A stretch of DNA of 32,000 nucleotides, taken from contig NZ_CP011034.1 in assembly GCF_001465295.1 (NCBI RefSeq), forward strand, positions 1,950,001 to 1,982,000, read 5' to 3'. Positions within the stretch are counted from its first letter, which is position 1. Every line of letters starts with the position of its first letter. The DNA is from Pseudoalteromonas translucida KMM 520 (GTDB lineage: Bacteria > Pseudomonadota > Gammaproteobacteria > Enterobacterales > Alteromonadaceae). The notes beneath the pieces were generated by a model that was given only the letters and a program-made list of their open reading frames with translations, was not told the origin of the DNA and did not search any database. Positions 13,186 through 22,677 of the stretch are shown here, in pieces. The position numbers and the translations under genes were made by a program.

Positions 13186-14427
13186 TTACTTAGTATATGC
13201 GCGTGGCATACTTGACTCAGTTGTATAACGGTCACGCAGTTTATCTTGGCGAGATTGTGTAGATACCTCAACCCCATTAATAAACATTTTGCTCACGTGG
13301 CTGCTAAGCTCAAACGGATCATTGCTCCACATAACCACATCGGCCGCTTTACCTACAGCTAAGCTACCTGCATTAATGCCAAATACCTCAGCCACGTTCG
13401 CTGTAACTGCTTTTAATGCGCCTTGCTGGCTCATACCATACGATACAGCATTACCCGCATCAAAACGTAGTTGATAAACGTTATGACTGGCATCGCCGCC
13501 CACTGTTAGCAGTACTTTTACGCCGGCCTTTTCAAGTAAACCTGCATTATTTAAACTCGCATTTAATGAGTCAAAACTACCAGGTAAACTATCCATAGCA
13601 CTAATGATCACTGGAATGTCTGCTTTGGCTAAACGCTCTTTAACTACGACAGCATCTTGCGCACCATTAAGTACTAAGTTAATCCCAAACTGCTGTTTTA
13701 CTTTAATAAGCTCAACTATATCGGCAGCGCGAGATACATTAACGATTAATGGCATTTCACCGCTAAGTACTTTAACCATTATTTTATCTTCGGCGGTTGG
13801 CTTTTTGTCATCTTTTTTAGCTTTTTTACCGGCTTTAGTTTGATGTTCATCTAGCTTATTTATAAGTGTTTGCAAAGTAAACGCACGCGAGCCTTTACTA
13901 CGTTCACCTAAATTAACCACTAGTGCCACTTGTTTTTGCAGCACGCTTTCAAAGCTACCACTTAAATCAACTACACTTGCAAGGCCTGCAAAAATACTCT
14001 CACCGCCCTGTGGGGTGATCACATCGCGCGTAATTCCGCCTTTACGTGCGTAAGGAATTAACCCCGAGTGGCCGTTAAAAGCTAAGCTTGCATCAAAATC
14101 AATACCGGCTTTTTCATCGCCGCCATCGCGTGAGCCTGCAACCGCACCCACTTCAACTAAACCTAACTGGTTAATACTGGCAATAAATCCAGGCGTTACT
14201 ATTTGGCCCTTAGCATCAATAATTTTATCGGCTTTTACAGCGCTTGGATTAATGGCAGAAATTTTGCCATCAGTCATTACAATGCTCGCGCCCTCTAACA
14301 CACCTTGCTCTGTTGAGGTGTGTAATGTGGCGTTAATAATTGCCAATGACTGCGCATTAACCGCGCCTGATGCTAATAACCCTGCAGCAACCAGAGAAAG
14401 CGAAAACGAACGTGATAAATTTTTCAT
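13186..14427 (-). CDS. Secreted amidohydrolase-family protein, probably catalytically degenerate
   Basis: The 413-aa product has a Sec signal peptide (MKNLSRSFSLSLVAAGLLASGAVNA/QS) and amidohydrolase-fold blocks (I.DAKG..VTPGFI; C-terminal G.L.VGK.ADVV.W..DPFE). The beta-1 HxH metal motif is replaced by I-N-Q (ASINQLG). Confidence 0.75.
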   Translation of the reverse strand: MKNLSRSFSLSLVAAGLLASGAVNAQSLAIINATLHTSTEQGVLEGASIVMTDGKISAINPSAVKADKIIDAKGQIVTPGFIASINQLGLVEVGAVAGSRDGGDEKAGIDFDASLAFNGHSGLIPYARKGGITRDVITPQGGESIFAGLASVVDLSGSFESVLQKQVALVVNLGERSKGSRAFTLQTLINKLDEHQTKAGKKAKKDDKKPTAEDKIMVKVLSGEMPLIVNVSRAADIVELIKVKQQFGINLVLNGAQDAVVVKERLAKADIPVIISAMDSLPGSFDSLNASLNNAGLLEKAGVKVLLTVGGDASHNVYQLRFDAGNAVSYGMSQQGALKAVTANVAEVFGINAGSLAVGKAADVVMWSNDPFELSSHVSKMFINGVEVSTQSRQDKLRDRYTTESSMPRAYTK

Positions 14428-14439
14428 TCTGGGTGCTCC

Positions 14440-15822
14440 TTATTGTTGACCTAACATAAAATCACTTGTTGCTTGATACGCGCTGTCGTTTCTATCGTAA
14501 ACTTTTGCACCATCAACAAACACTTGCTCAGCTTTAGCGTAAACACTAAACGGGCTTTGGTTCCAAATAACCACATCGCCCTGCTTACCCGCTTCGAGTG
14601 AGCCTGTTTTATCATCAATTCCTAGTGATTTTGCCGCATTAGCGGTGATCCACTTAATTGCGTGCTGCTCCGAAATATCAAAACCATTTTGATTAGCGCG
14701 GAACATTACCTTAGCGGCTTCTTGGTTTAAGCGCTGAATAGTCGTGTCTGAATCTGAATGAACGACCGCACACGAGTTTTTAACCGCATCAACAATGGCC
14801 ACATTTTCTTGTACCATGTCGTAGGCTTCCATTTTAAAGCCCCACCAGTCTGGCCAAAGCGCAGCACATGAACCGTTTGCAGCTAGCATGTCGGCAATTT
14901 TATAGGCTTCTATACCATGATGAAAAGTACCCGCGTGATAATTAAATTCTTTTGAAAGATCAATCATCATCGCCATTTCTTCTGCTTTATAGCAATGGTT
15001 ATGAATGCGTACTTCGCCCTCTAACACTCCACGCAGTGTGTCGTATTTAATATCGCGGGTAGGTGCTGCTGGGTTTTTACCCGCGGCATAATCGCTATCG
15101 TATTTATCCCACGCGCGTTTATATTCTACGGTTTCGGCCCATGCCATTCTGTAACCGGCCATGTTCCCCATACGGGTTGACGGTAACGTGCCTTTGCGAC
15201 CATAAACGCGTTTTGGGTTTTCGCCACACGCCATTTTTAAGCCGTACGGCGCATCTGGAAATTTCATTGCTTGCATTGTATGCGCTGGTACGTTTTTAAG
15301 TGTTACGCCGCGCCCACCAAACAAGTTAGCAGAGCCAGGTAATATTTGTAGCGAGGTAATACCGCCTTCGCGAGCACGGTTAAAGCCTGGATCTTGTGGC
15401 CAAATAGAGTGTTCTACCCATACTTCAGCTGTATTTGGGCTGGTCATTTCGTTACCGTCTTGATGCGACTCAACAGAAGGGCTTGGATAAGCGCCTAAAT
15501 GCGAGTGAACGTCAATTATACCCGGTGTTACCCACTTGCCTTGGGCATCAATTGTGGTATCTGCTGATGCAGTTAAATCTTTGCCTACTTGCTGCACTTT
15601 ACCATCAACAAGTAATACATCGGTATCATCTAAGCGCTCGCCAGTACCGGTTAATACAGTGGCATTAGTGATCAGCGTACTTGATGTAGCAACCACTTTA
15701 TAAGTACTTGGGTAAGGGTTTTTGTTTATTGTTATTTTATCGTCTTGTGGGCCGTTTTCTTGGCAACCAACAAGTGCAGTTGCTAAGCCAATAGCTAACA
15801 ATGAGGGAGCAAATTTTTGCAT
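14440..15822 (-). CDS. Amidohydrolase-family lipoprotein (metal-dependent hydrolase, COG1228-like)
   Basis: The 460-aa product has a lipobox LATALVG/C and an intact HxH motif (IIDVHSHLG). It also has later His/Asp ligand candidates (HHGIEAYK, VVHSDSD) and a C-terminal GSLE.GK.GDVV.W..PF. It sits 12 nt upstream of the paralogue, indicating an operon. Confidence 0.8.
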   Translation of the reverse strand: MQKFAPSLLAIGLATALVGCQENGPQDDKITINKNPYPSTYKVVATSSTLITNATVLTGTGERLDDTDVLLVDGKVQQVGKDLTASADTTIDAQGKWVTPGIIDVHSHLGAYPSPSVESHQDGNEMTSPNTAEVWVEHSIWPQDPGFNRAREGGITSLQILPGSANLFGGRGVTLKNVPAHTMQAMKFPDAPYGLKMACGENPKRVYGRKGTLPSTRMGNMAGYRMAWAETVEYKRAWDKYDSDYAAGKNPAAPTRDIKYDTLRGVLEGEVRIHNHCYKAEEMAMMIDLSKEFNYHAGTFHHGIEAYKIADMLAANGSCAALWPDWWGFKMEAYDMVQENVAIVDAVKNSCAVVHSDSDTTIQRLNQEAAKVMFRANQNGFDISEQHAIKWITANAAKSLGIDDKTGSLEAGKQGDVVIWNQSPFSVYAKAEQVFVDGAKVYDRNDSAYQATSDFMLGQQ

Positions 15823-15835
15823 GTTATTCGGTTCT

Positions 15836-15888
15836 CCTGTTTTTTTGCTACTTTAGCTAAAGCTAACTAATAAAGCTAAAAAAACAGG
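15836..15888 (-). promoter_or_regulatory. AT-rich 11-bp inverted repeat (CCTGTTTTTTT / AAAAAAACAGG) spanning the Shine-Dalgarno region of the amidohydrolase operon
   Basis: Read on the minus strand, the downstream arm (plus-strand 15836-15846) contributes the CAGG of the AAACAGGAGAACC Shine-Dalgarno sequence upstream of the ATG at 15822. The structure could serve as a terminator for the upstream 261-aa gene and/or mask the SD. The stem is weak because it is mostly A:T. Confidence 0.3.
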
Positions 15889-15922
15889 CCAAAAACCAAT
15901 AAATTGAGATGAGTTGCTGTAA

Positions 15923-16708
15923 TTACTTTTTTATATAATTGTTATAAAGTTTCTCTAGTGCGCCTTCAGTTGTTAACACTGGATCTTTTTCCATAAAGTG
16001 CTTAACAGTGCGAGTTACAAAATCAGAGTTTTGTTTATGCAGCTTTGAAAAATCTTTAATTAACGTGTTGCCATCTTTAGCGGCAGTTACTTTGTCATGC
16101 CGATGACGATACTGGCTAAGTGCTTTGTTAAAATCGCCTTGATAGTCTTCAACCAATATTTTATAAAAATCACTTTTATCAACATTTAAGTCGGTAATGC
16201 AGTAGCTTAGCGCCTCTTTAAAATCGGTAAATAACATACCTTCCACGTCAAATTCTTTAGTTTTTTCACGCACTGTGACTTTAGCTTCTTCAGTGGCGTA
16301 ACTAAAACCAGTAAATGCTAAGCGCTCTGCAGCTTCTTTACCTAGTTTCATACCTGCTTGAATGCTGTGCGCAAACTCGTCGCTCATATCGCCCAGTTCA
16401 CTCTCTTCCCACATGTTATAAACACGCAGTGGTTTAGCGTATTTATTAGAAAGCTTTTTTTTCATTTTAGTAAAGCGCTCATCTATCGTCATTAACCTTT
16501 CGTTATGTAGTAGCGCATAGCATTCATAACATGCCGGTATTGATACAAAATCGGCTTCTTCACCTAGGTCAATAATGCTTTGTAGCATGTGCAATGGCGG
16601 ACAATGGTCACGCTCTGTCGCTTCACAGCCACAATAAAAACATTGGTTAAAGTGCTGTTGGTCGCATGCATACGCCTGCTGATAATAACTGGCTAGCGTT
16701 TTACTCAC
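15923..16708 (-). CDS. Hypothetical protein with an N-terminal Cys/His-rich (HNH-like or treble-clef) module and a helical C-terminal domain
   Basis: This is a 261-aa ORF. Its N-terminus has C23-x2-C26-x-C28 ... D34-H35-C36-P-P ... H40 ... C60-x2-C63 ... H68 (CFYCGCEATERDHCPPLH...IPACYECYALLH). I recognise no family. It is a monocistronic orphan flanked by intergenic DNA on both sides. Confidence 0.6.
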   Translation of the reverse strand: MSKTLASYYQQAYACDQQHFNQCFYCGCEATERDHCPPLHMLQSIIDLGEEADFVSIPACYECYALLHNERLMTIDERFTKMKKKLSNKYAKPLRVYNMWEESELGDMSDEFAHSIQAGMKLGKEAAERLAFTGFSYATEEAKVTVREKTKEFDVEGMLFTDFKEALSYCITDLNVDKSDFYKILVEDYQGDFNKALSQYRHRHDKVTAAKDGNTLIKDFSKLHKQNSDFVTRTVKHFMEKDPVLTTEGALEKLYNNYIKK

Positions 16709-16950
16709 AGTGGCTCCTTTTAATTAAACACTAAAAATTAGGGGGCGATAATAACAGCCTGAAAAAATATGTCAGCAGGAAAAATAAAAGTGTGTCAAAA
16801 AATACACTTAATTTAAGTATGCTTTCAATCACCTAAACGATAAGCCAATTTACGTACACATGCCCTTACAACTGGGATCATTGAGTTAACAGTATTTTGT
16901 TCAAATTGAGCAATACTGAACTTGCACATTCACATAACGAGGCTTAAATA

Positions 16951-17313
16951 ATGAATACTCTAAAAGCAACTTTATACTCTAGTGTGCTATTAAGTGCAGT
17001 CTCAATAGCATCACCCGTAATGGCAACCCAGTTTATTGCTGCGGATTCAACACCCGGTACGCAAGCATGTATGGCGGTAGCGTCAAACAAAAGGCTAACC
17101 ATTCACAACACAATGAAAAGTTTACGTATAAGCAAAGCCGTCATAAGTAAAAAACTGCTATGTAATGATCTATCAGTAGGCGATTTTATCTCGCTGTATA
17201 GTCTAAATAAATCGGCACGTTTTTTAAATATAGATATGGATACACGCACCTCAATTACCGATTTAGCAAAGGCTAAAATGCCTTCGGTGGTTATTATGGC
17301 CGGGTCTAAATAA
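16951..17313 (+). CDS. Small secreted protein of unknown function (possibly DUF3718-like)
   Basis: The 120-aa product has a signal peptide (MNTLKATLYSSVLLSAVSIASPVMA/TQ), two conserved-looking Cys residues, and a GAGGcttaaataATG RBS. The family assignment is from memory only. Confidence 0.6.
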   Translation: MNTLKATLYSSVLLSAVSIASPVMATQFIAADSTPGTQACMAVASNKRLTIHNTMKSLRISKAVISKKLLCNDLSVGDFISLYSLNKSARFLNIDMDTRTSITDLAKAKMPSVVIMAGSK

Positions 17314-17332
17314 TTAATTACAGTTATATTTA

Positions 17333-17359
17333 TTAAGCAGGTAATAATTACCTGCTTAA
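17333..17359. terminator. Palindromic hairpin between convergent genes
   Basis: The sequence TTAAGCAGGTAAT-a-ATTACCTGCTTAA forms 13-bp perfect arms. It lacks strong T-runs. Confidence 0.5.
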
Positions 17360-17381
17360 TTATTCAATGCTCAATTTGTAG

Positions 17382-18074
17382 TTAAATTATTGCGGCAATA
17401 AGACCAAACAATCCACCAAACACGCCGCCCCATACTACTAACCAACCTAAGTGCTCACGGATCATGGTTTGAATTATTTCTTTAACCATTTTAGGGGTTA
17501 GCTCATCTAAACGCTCATCAACTAATTTAAGCACTGTATTGTGTAAACTTTCGGCACTATTACTTTGTGAAAGTGTTTGACTAACGAGCGCTTTAAAGTC
17601 ATCAGTTTGAGATATTTCCCCAAGCGACAGCTGCATTTTTTCAATGAATTTTTCACGCATTGGTTCCACCGCCGCACTGCCACCAAACATAGCAAGCATG
17701 CTGCCAAACTGAGATTGTTCAATTACCTCTAGTAAACTGTCGAATGCGGGGTTTAAATCAACATTATTTATTATTGGTTCAAAGTCGATATTAGGTTGCG
17801 CTTTGCTGAGTAAGCTATTAATTTTTTGCTCTGAAAAAAACTCAGTTAAAATTAAGTTTCTTATTGCTACTTTAAAGCTTTGAAACTTTAACGCTATTAC
17901 TCCCGAACCATATAAAAAAGGTACTTTTTCGAACAGCATATGAATAGCTAATAAATTAGTCACCGCTCCAGAGAGTGCAAATAAACCAACCGACAGCACA
18001 ATTGCCTGATCAAATATAAAGCCGAGAACAACAAATATACCCGCTAGCAAATTGGTTATTAAACTTTTATTCAT
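17382..18074 (-). CDS. Inner-membrane protein of unknown function (DUF445-like)
   Basis: The 230-aa product has N-terminal TM helices and a C-terminal TM helix (GWLVVWGGVFGGLFGLIAAII) with a soluble helical middle. The family call is tentative. Confidence 0.6.
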   Translation of the reverse strand: MNKSLITNLLAGIFVVLGFIFDQAIVLSVGLFALSGAVTNLLAIHMLFEKVPFLYGSGVIALKFQSFKVAIRNLILTEFFSEQKINSLLSKAQPNIDFEPIINNVDLNPAFDSLLEVIEQSQFGSMLAMFGGSAAVEPMREKFIEKMQLSLGEISQTDDFKALVSQTLSQSNSAESLHNTVLKLVDERLDELTPKMVKEIIQTMIREHLGWLVVWGGVFGGLFGLIAAII

Positions 18075-18183
18075 TTTTATTCCATTTCAGTGATTTATGG
18101 CATTAATTTTACAACGATTAGTTTGTTAAATTAATACCTTTTTGCCATAGTTTAAGTATCGGTTTAAAAAGCGAGCAATTGTT

Positions 18184-19044
18184 ATGTGGAAAACAGTAAA
18201 CGAGCAAATAAGCCAAGCCATACATTATGACTTTAAACACACTCATAAACAGCAACTTCAGAGTACCAACACCGACAAACTTTTTCATATAACCAATGGT
18301 ACGCACAACTATTTAGTAAAAGTAGCGTTAAAAAATGAACTAGAGCGCCTAGAGAGCGAATCTCTTGGTTTAAAGCTGCTCACAGAAAACGGGGTATTTA
18401 TAGTGCCTGATTGCATTACCACAGGTGCAAATATAGAGTTCTCGTTTATTGTTTTAGAGTGGTTAGAATTTGACAAACAACCACACCCCACATGGAACGC
18501 AATGGGTAAAGGCTTAGCAATGTTGCATCAAAAGCATCAACAAGCCATGTTTGGTTTTGATGTAGACAATTACTTAGCCACTACAGTGCAACCTAATAGC
18601 TGGCATAAAAAGTGGAATATATTTTACGCCGAAGAGCGCATAGGCTGGCAATTACAATTATTGGCAGAAAAAGGCATTATATTTATCGAGCCAGAGCGAT
18701 TAATTAATTTAGTAAAAGAGCAATTACACAGCCACCCCGTAGAGCCATCATTATTACATGGCGATTTTTGGCGTGGTAATGTGGGGTTTATAAATACAGT
18801 ACCGAGCATATTTAACCCTGCCTGTTATTACGGTGACCGAGAGGTTGATATAGCCATGAGCGAGCTATTTGCACCACTGCCAGATGATTTTTACAGCGCT
18901 TATAATCAACAGTATCCGTTGCTAGCAAGTTTTGAGCAACGTAAATTAATATACCAACTTTACCCTATTTTAAACCACGCTAATATTTTTGCTGGGCATT
19001 ACCTCACCCAAGCAAAGCAACACATAGAAAGGTTAATAAAGTAA
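18184..19044 (+). CDS. yniA: Fructosamine/ketosamine kinase family protein (YniA-like)
   Basis: The 286-aa product is collinear with E. coli YniA as I recall it (MW......; FGFD.DN.L.TT.QPN.W...W..F.AE.RIGWQL.L.AEKGI.F; PSLLHGD.W.GN; FDPACY.GDRE.D.AM). Confidence 0.88.
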   Translation: MWKTVNEQISQAIHYDFKHTHKQQLQSTNTDKLFHITNGTHNYLVKVALKNELERLESESLGLKLLTENGVFIVPDCITTGANIEFSFIVLEWLEFDKQPHPTWNAMGKGLAMLHQKHQQAMFGFDVDNYLATTVQPNSWHKKWNIFYAEERIGWQLQLLAEKGIIFIEPERLINLVKEQLHSHPVEPSLLHGDFWRGNVGFINTVPSIFNPACYYGDREVDIAMSELFAPLPDDFYSAYNQQYPLLASFEQRKLIYQLYPILNHANIFAGHYLTQAKQHIERLIK

Positions 19045-19179
19045 TCCAAATAAACTAAATTAAACGCAGTAAACATTCAAACCCGACTATATTGAGCTTA
19101 TACCAATAGCATTAAGTAAGTGGTTAATTAGTGTAATTAAATTATTGAAAGCCTACTTAATAATGTACATGGAGTGATT

Positions 19180-19383
19180 ATGAAAAACTTTGTATCGCAA
19201 CGTATTTCATGTCCGCACTGCGGGCATCATATTCATTTAGATTTAGATGCCAGCATGGGAGATCAAGACTACATAGAAGAGTGCAGCGCCTGTTGTAACC
19301 CTATTCATTTAAACATGCACATTGACCATGCTCGTAATAAACTAGAGCTACATGTAGATAGCGACGACGAACAAATATTTTAA
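19180..19383 (+). CDS. CPXCG-motif cysteine-rich zinc-ribbon protein
   Basis: The 67-aa product from ATG 19180 (preceded by GGAG) contains CPHCG...(x35)...CSACCNPI. The track starts at GTG 19174. Confidence 0.7.
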   Translation: MKNFVSQRISCPHCGHHIHLDLDASMGDQDYIEECSACCNPIHLNMHIDHARNKLELHVDSDDEQIF

Positions 19384-20006
19384 CCCTGCTGACGCAAGTA
19401 GTTTTCGACCGTATTTATTATGGTATAGGTTTGCTGATCCACCTCAATATTAAACTCATCACCTAACTTTGCTGCATCTAGGTTAGTAATAGCGAGGGTT
19501 TCTGGAATAAGGTGCAGCCAAAAGCCTTTCTCATCCACAATACCTACAGTTAAACTTGCGCCATTTATAGCCACAAACCCTTTATACAATACATACTTTT
19601 GCCACTGCGGCGGTATGCACAATTGCATTTTATAATTACTTTGCTGTTTAACTATTTGCGCCACTTTAGCAGTACAGTGAATATGCCCTGAAACAATATG
19701 CCCACCAAGCTCAGTACCAAAGGTTACTGAACGCTCATAATTAACTAAACTGCCCAGTTCAAGTTTACCTAAGTTAGTTAACTTGAGTGTTTCGTCAATT
19801 ACATCAAAATATACCTGCGCCATTAAATCATCATCACTTGCTAATACTTTAACAACCGTTAAACAACAGCCATTAATAGCAATACTCGCCCCTAAATTTA
19901 GTTGCTGTATATATTGCTTTTCAACCGCTATGGTTAATTGCATTACGCCATCTACTTGATTAGCCGACACCACTCTCGCTTGGGTTTGTATAATTCCTGT
20001 AAACAT
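19380..20006 (-). CDS. ribE: Riboflavin synthase (alpha chain)
   Basis: The 208-aa product starts MFTGIIQ and has two internal lumazine-binding repeats (GASIAINGCCLTV / GFVAINGASLTV; GGHIVSGHI). It is divergent from a MATE gene, as with ribC-mdtK in E. coli. Confidence 0.93.
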   Translation of the reverse strand: MFTGIIQTQARVVSANQVDGVMQLTIAVEKQYIQQLNLGASIAINGCCLTVVKVLASDDDLMAQVYFDVIDETLKLTNLGKLELGSLVNYERSVTFGTELGGHIVSGHIHCTAKVAQIVKQQSNYKMQLCIPPQWQKYVLYKGFVAINGASLTVGIVDEKGFWLHLIPETLAITNLDAAKLGDEFNIEVDQQTYTIINTVENYLRQQG

Positions 20007-20177
20007 ATAATCTCTTAAATTTATTACAAAATTGGGGCTGTTAAGCCTTTGATGCTTAATAGCCTCTAGTTTAACGTATCAAGTTATAAAATCATGCACT
20101 CTTAATAATTATCTTAATGGATTGGCACCCCGCAATAGATTACAATTATGCCCTGTATTATTTCTTAGCTGTTTGTT

Positions 20178-21533
20178 ATGACATTTAGTAATTGGGAAGC
20201 TAAACGCTTACTTTCCCTTGCCATCCCCGTTTTTTTAGCTCAGGTTACCCTTGTTTTAATGTCTGTCGTCGATACGATTATGGCAGGCCAAGTAAGCCCA
20301 ACCGATTTAGCTGCTTTATCTATTGCCACTGGTATTTGGAACCCATTATTACTTGCACTGCAAGGTATTTTACTCGCTTTAACCGGTGTTATTGCACAGT
20401 TTGCGGGTGCCAACGATAAAAAAGGCATCAGCCATTATTTTCAACAAGCTTTATATTTAACTGCGCTGTTATGTATTGCCGGGTTTGGTATTGCTCAATT
20501 TGCCGATATTATTATATTAAAGCTCGACACCAGCCCTGCTATAGCAACACTTGCCAGTGATTATATTCGCTTTGTTAAATGGGGAGTGTTTGGTTTTTTA
20601 ATTTTTACCGTTTACAGAAATATGACCGAAGGTATGGGCATGACCAAACCCGCTTTTTATATCAGCCTGTTAGGTTTAGCGGTTAATATTCCGGTTAACT
20701 ATATTTTTATTAATGGCTTATTTGGCCTACCCGCTTATGGCGGCGCAGGCTGTGGTATTGCTACTGCATTAGTATTAACTGTAATGGCAATAGCCCAAGT
20801 TATTTATTGCCAAATGAGTAAAAAAATAGATGCTAAAGGCTTAATGACTCCCTTTGAAAAACCTAATTTAACCACTATCGGCATTATCACTAAATTGGGT
20901 ATTCCTATTTCATTAGCCACTTTTTTTGAAGTAACCTTATTTGCCTGTATTCCATTATTTATTGCGCATTTAGGCGCCGTTGCCGTATCTGGCCATCAAA
21001 TTGCCGCCAGTGTTACCACTTTATTGTTTATGATGCCGCTCAGCCTTTCTATTGCTATAAGCATACGTATAGGCAACTTATACGGTCAAAACCATTTAAA
21101 ACAGCTAAAAGTTGCTGTTTCAACTAGCTATATACTGGCAGCGCTCATTGCCCTGTTTGTTGCCGTAACTACCTTTTTAGGCCGCGATTTAATAAGCCAA
21201 CTGTACAGCGATAGCCCCGAAGTACTGGCACTGGCTTCATCTATCATGATTTTAGCCTGTATATATCAATTACCTGATGCACTACAAGTTGCTGCAAACG
21301 GTATATTACGTGGATTAAAGTACACCGCACCTATTTCATACATTACATTTGTATCGTATTGGTTAGTTGGCTTTGCACTAGGCTATGTATTAGCCAGAAC
21401 CGACTTAATCGTCCCAGCAATGGGCCCACATGGTTTTTGGTTGGGCATTATTGTTGGCTTAACACTCGCTGCTGTATTATTAATGTACACAGTACATAGA
21501 CGTTTTAAATATGAACCGTCTTTGCAAGCTTAA
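20178..21533 (+). CDS. norM: MATE-family multidrug efflux transporter (NorM/MdtK-like)
   Basis: The 451-aa polytopic membrane protein has a typical MATE N-terminus (...LLSLAIPVFLAQV......VDT.MAGQVS..DLAA.S.A...W.P). Its conserved position next to ribE supports the call. Confidence 0.88.
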   Translation: MTFSNWEAKRLLSLAIPVFLAQVTLVLMSVVDTIMAGQVSPTDLAALSIATGIWNPLLLALQGILLALTGVIAQFAGANDKKGISHYFQQALYLTALLCIAGFGIAQFADIIILKLDTSPAIATLASDYIRFVKWGVFGFLIFTVYRNMTEGMGMTKPAFYISLLGLAVNIPVNYIFINGLFGLPAYGGAGCGIATALVLTVMAIAQVIYCQMSKKIDAKGLMTPFEKPNLTTIGIITKLGIPISLATFFEVTLFACIPLFIAHLGAVAVSGHQIAASVTTLLFMMPLSLSIAISIRIGNLYGQNHLKQLKVAVSTSYILAALIALFVAVTTFLGRDLISQLYSDSPEVLALASSIMILACIYQLPDALQVAANGILRGLKYTAPISYITFVSYWLVGFALGYVLARTDLIVPAMGPHGFWLGIIVGLTLAAVLLMYTVHRRFKYEPSLQA

Positions 21534-22563
21534 ACAACTATTAGTAAAGCCACTGCCAGTAACCTGTTTATTGGTAGTGTGCTTTATGGCATTAACGGCC
21601 TGCAGCGATAAGCCTAGCAATGCAAACCATACTTATACCCAGCGACTAGCTAACACGCTTGATTTACAGCCAGTAACACCAAAACCGCTAGTACCACTCA
21701 ATCTATTACCACCAACTGCATTAAATAATAGCAATATCACCTTGGGCATTATTCAACTTGCCAGTTTAAGCCACTGCAAACTTAACGTCCTCATTAGCGA
21801 GCATAATAACCAGCTCGGTAAAACCGCCACAGCAGCAAGTATATTAATCTATCAAATAAAGTTTATACAAAGTGCGCAGCAGTGCTTAACGACACTTAAA
21901 AAAGACTCTGCTATTTATAAAAAGATTTTGGCGGCAACCACACACAAACAAAATAACTTAATGCACTACTTTAATAACATGCTCTATAAAGAGTCCGAGC
22001 TTAATCGCATTTGGCAACTGAGCTCCCGTGAGCTTTCAATAACCCCAGCAGGCTTTAGCGATACAGTAAATGCCGTAACAAAGCTGGCAAATATTAAACA
22101 ACAAATAACAAAGCAGCAGTTTGCACAAATAACCTCCGAGCATTTATTTGACGCACTAGAGCAGCTTAATAAATACCAGTTTAACCAGCAGCTAATTCAA
22201 TCAGCAAGAACGCAAATAGCCCTAAATAACAGTGCCACCCAATTTATAAACACCATAAATATTAGCCAGCTATGCCAAGCAGGTAAAAATAATAACCAAG
22301 CGCAAATTGTAAATAATATCTTTAAAAAATATTACTTAGGACAAGTGCAACCTTACCAAGCACAACTCGCCGGCTACTTAGAAACCCTGCAGCCGCTATA
22401 TCGACAGCTTTGGTATAAAACAGCAATCACCAGTAAACCAATTAATAATTTACTCCAGCCCAATACAAACAGTAACTTATTGAACCAACTAAAATACTCA
22501 GCTAAAAACCATGTACTTTGGTGGCAAGAATTTTATAAAACGTGTGAAATCAGCCCAATATGA
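21511..22563 (+). CDS. Lipoprotein of unknown function (possibly DUF3080-like)
   Basis: The 350-aa product has a signal and lipobox (LLVVCFMALTA/C). It is Q/N/L-rich and helical. The start overlaps the norM 3' end by 23 nt. The family assignment is tentative. Confidence 0.6.
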   Translation: MNRLCKLKQLLVKPLPVTCLLVVCFMALTACSDKPSNANHTYTQRLANTLDLQPVTPKPLVPLNLLPPTALNNSNITLGIIQLASLSHCKLNVLISEHNNQLGKTATAASILIYQIKFIQSAQQCLTTLKKDSAIYKKILAATTHKQNNLMHYFNNMLYKESELNRIWQLSSRELSITPAGFSDTVNAVTKLANIKQQITKQQFAQITSEHLFDALEQLNKYQFNQQLIQSARTQIALNNSATQFINTINISQLCQAGKNNNQAQIVNNIFKKYYLGQVQPYQAQLAGYLETLQPLYRQLWYKTAITSKPINNLLQPNTNSNLLNQLKYSAKNHVLWWQEFYKTCEISPI

Positions 22564-22603
22564 ATAAAAAAACGGCAAATAAACGCAAAAACTATAAAGC
22601 TGC

Positions 22604-22632
22604 TTGATCCAACTCCCATCACGCTATATATT
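22604..22632 (+). promoter_or_regulatory. Putative sigma70 promoter of the tRNA-Val pair
   Basis: A TTGATC element (-35), a 17-nt spacer and TATATT (-10) are followed by a GC-rich discriminator (AGCGCCCG), typical of stringently controlled stable-RNA promoters. The -10 lies ~45 nt upstream of the first tRNA. Confidence 0.4.
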
Positions 22633-22677
22633 AGCGCCCGTGCTATCTAGTTAGCACTTAACTTAAATTAAAGTAAT

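Noticed and set aside
19380-19383. The convergent CPXCG gene and ribE overlap at their stop codons (TTTAA), leaving no space for terminators.
   Set aside because: The overlap is real but trivial. Such overlaps are common in compact genomes, and I cannot support any functional implication from the sequence.
20007-20177. I looked for an FMN (RFN) riboswitch in the ribE-norM divergent spacer.
   Set aside because: No conserved RFN core elements or multi-stem structure are visible. ribE alone is usually not RFN-controlled in gammaproteobacteria.
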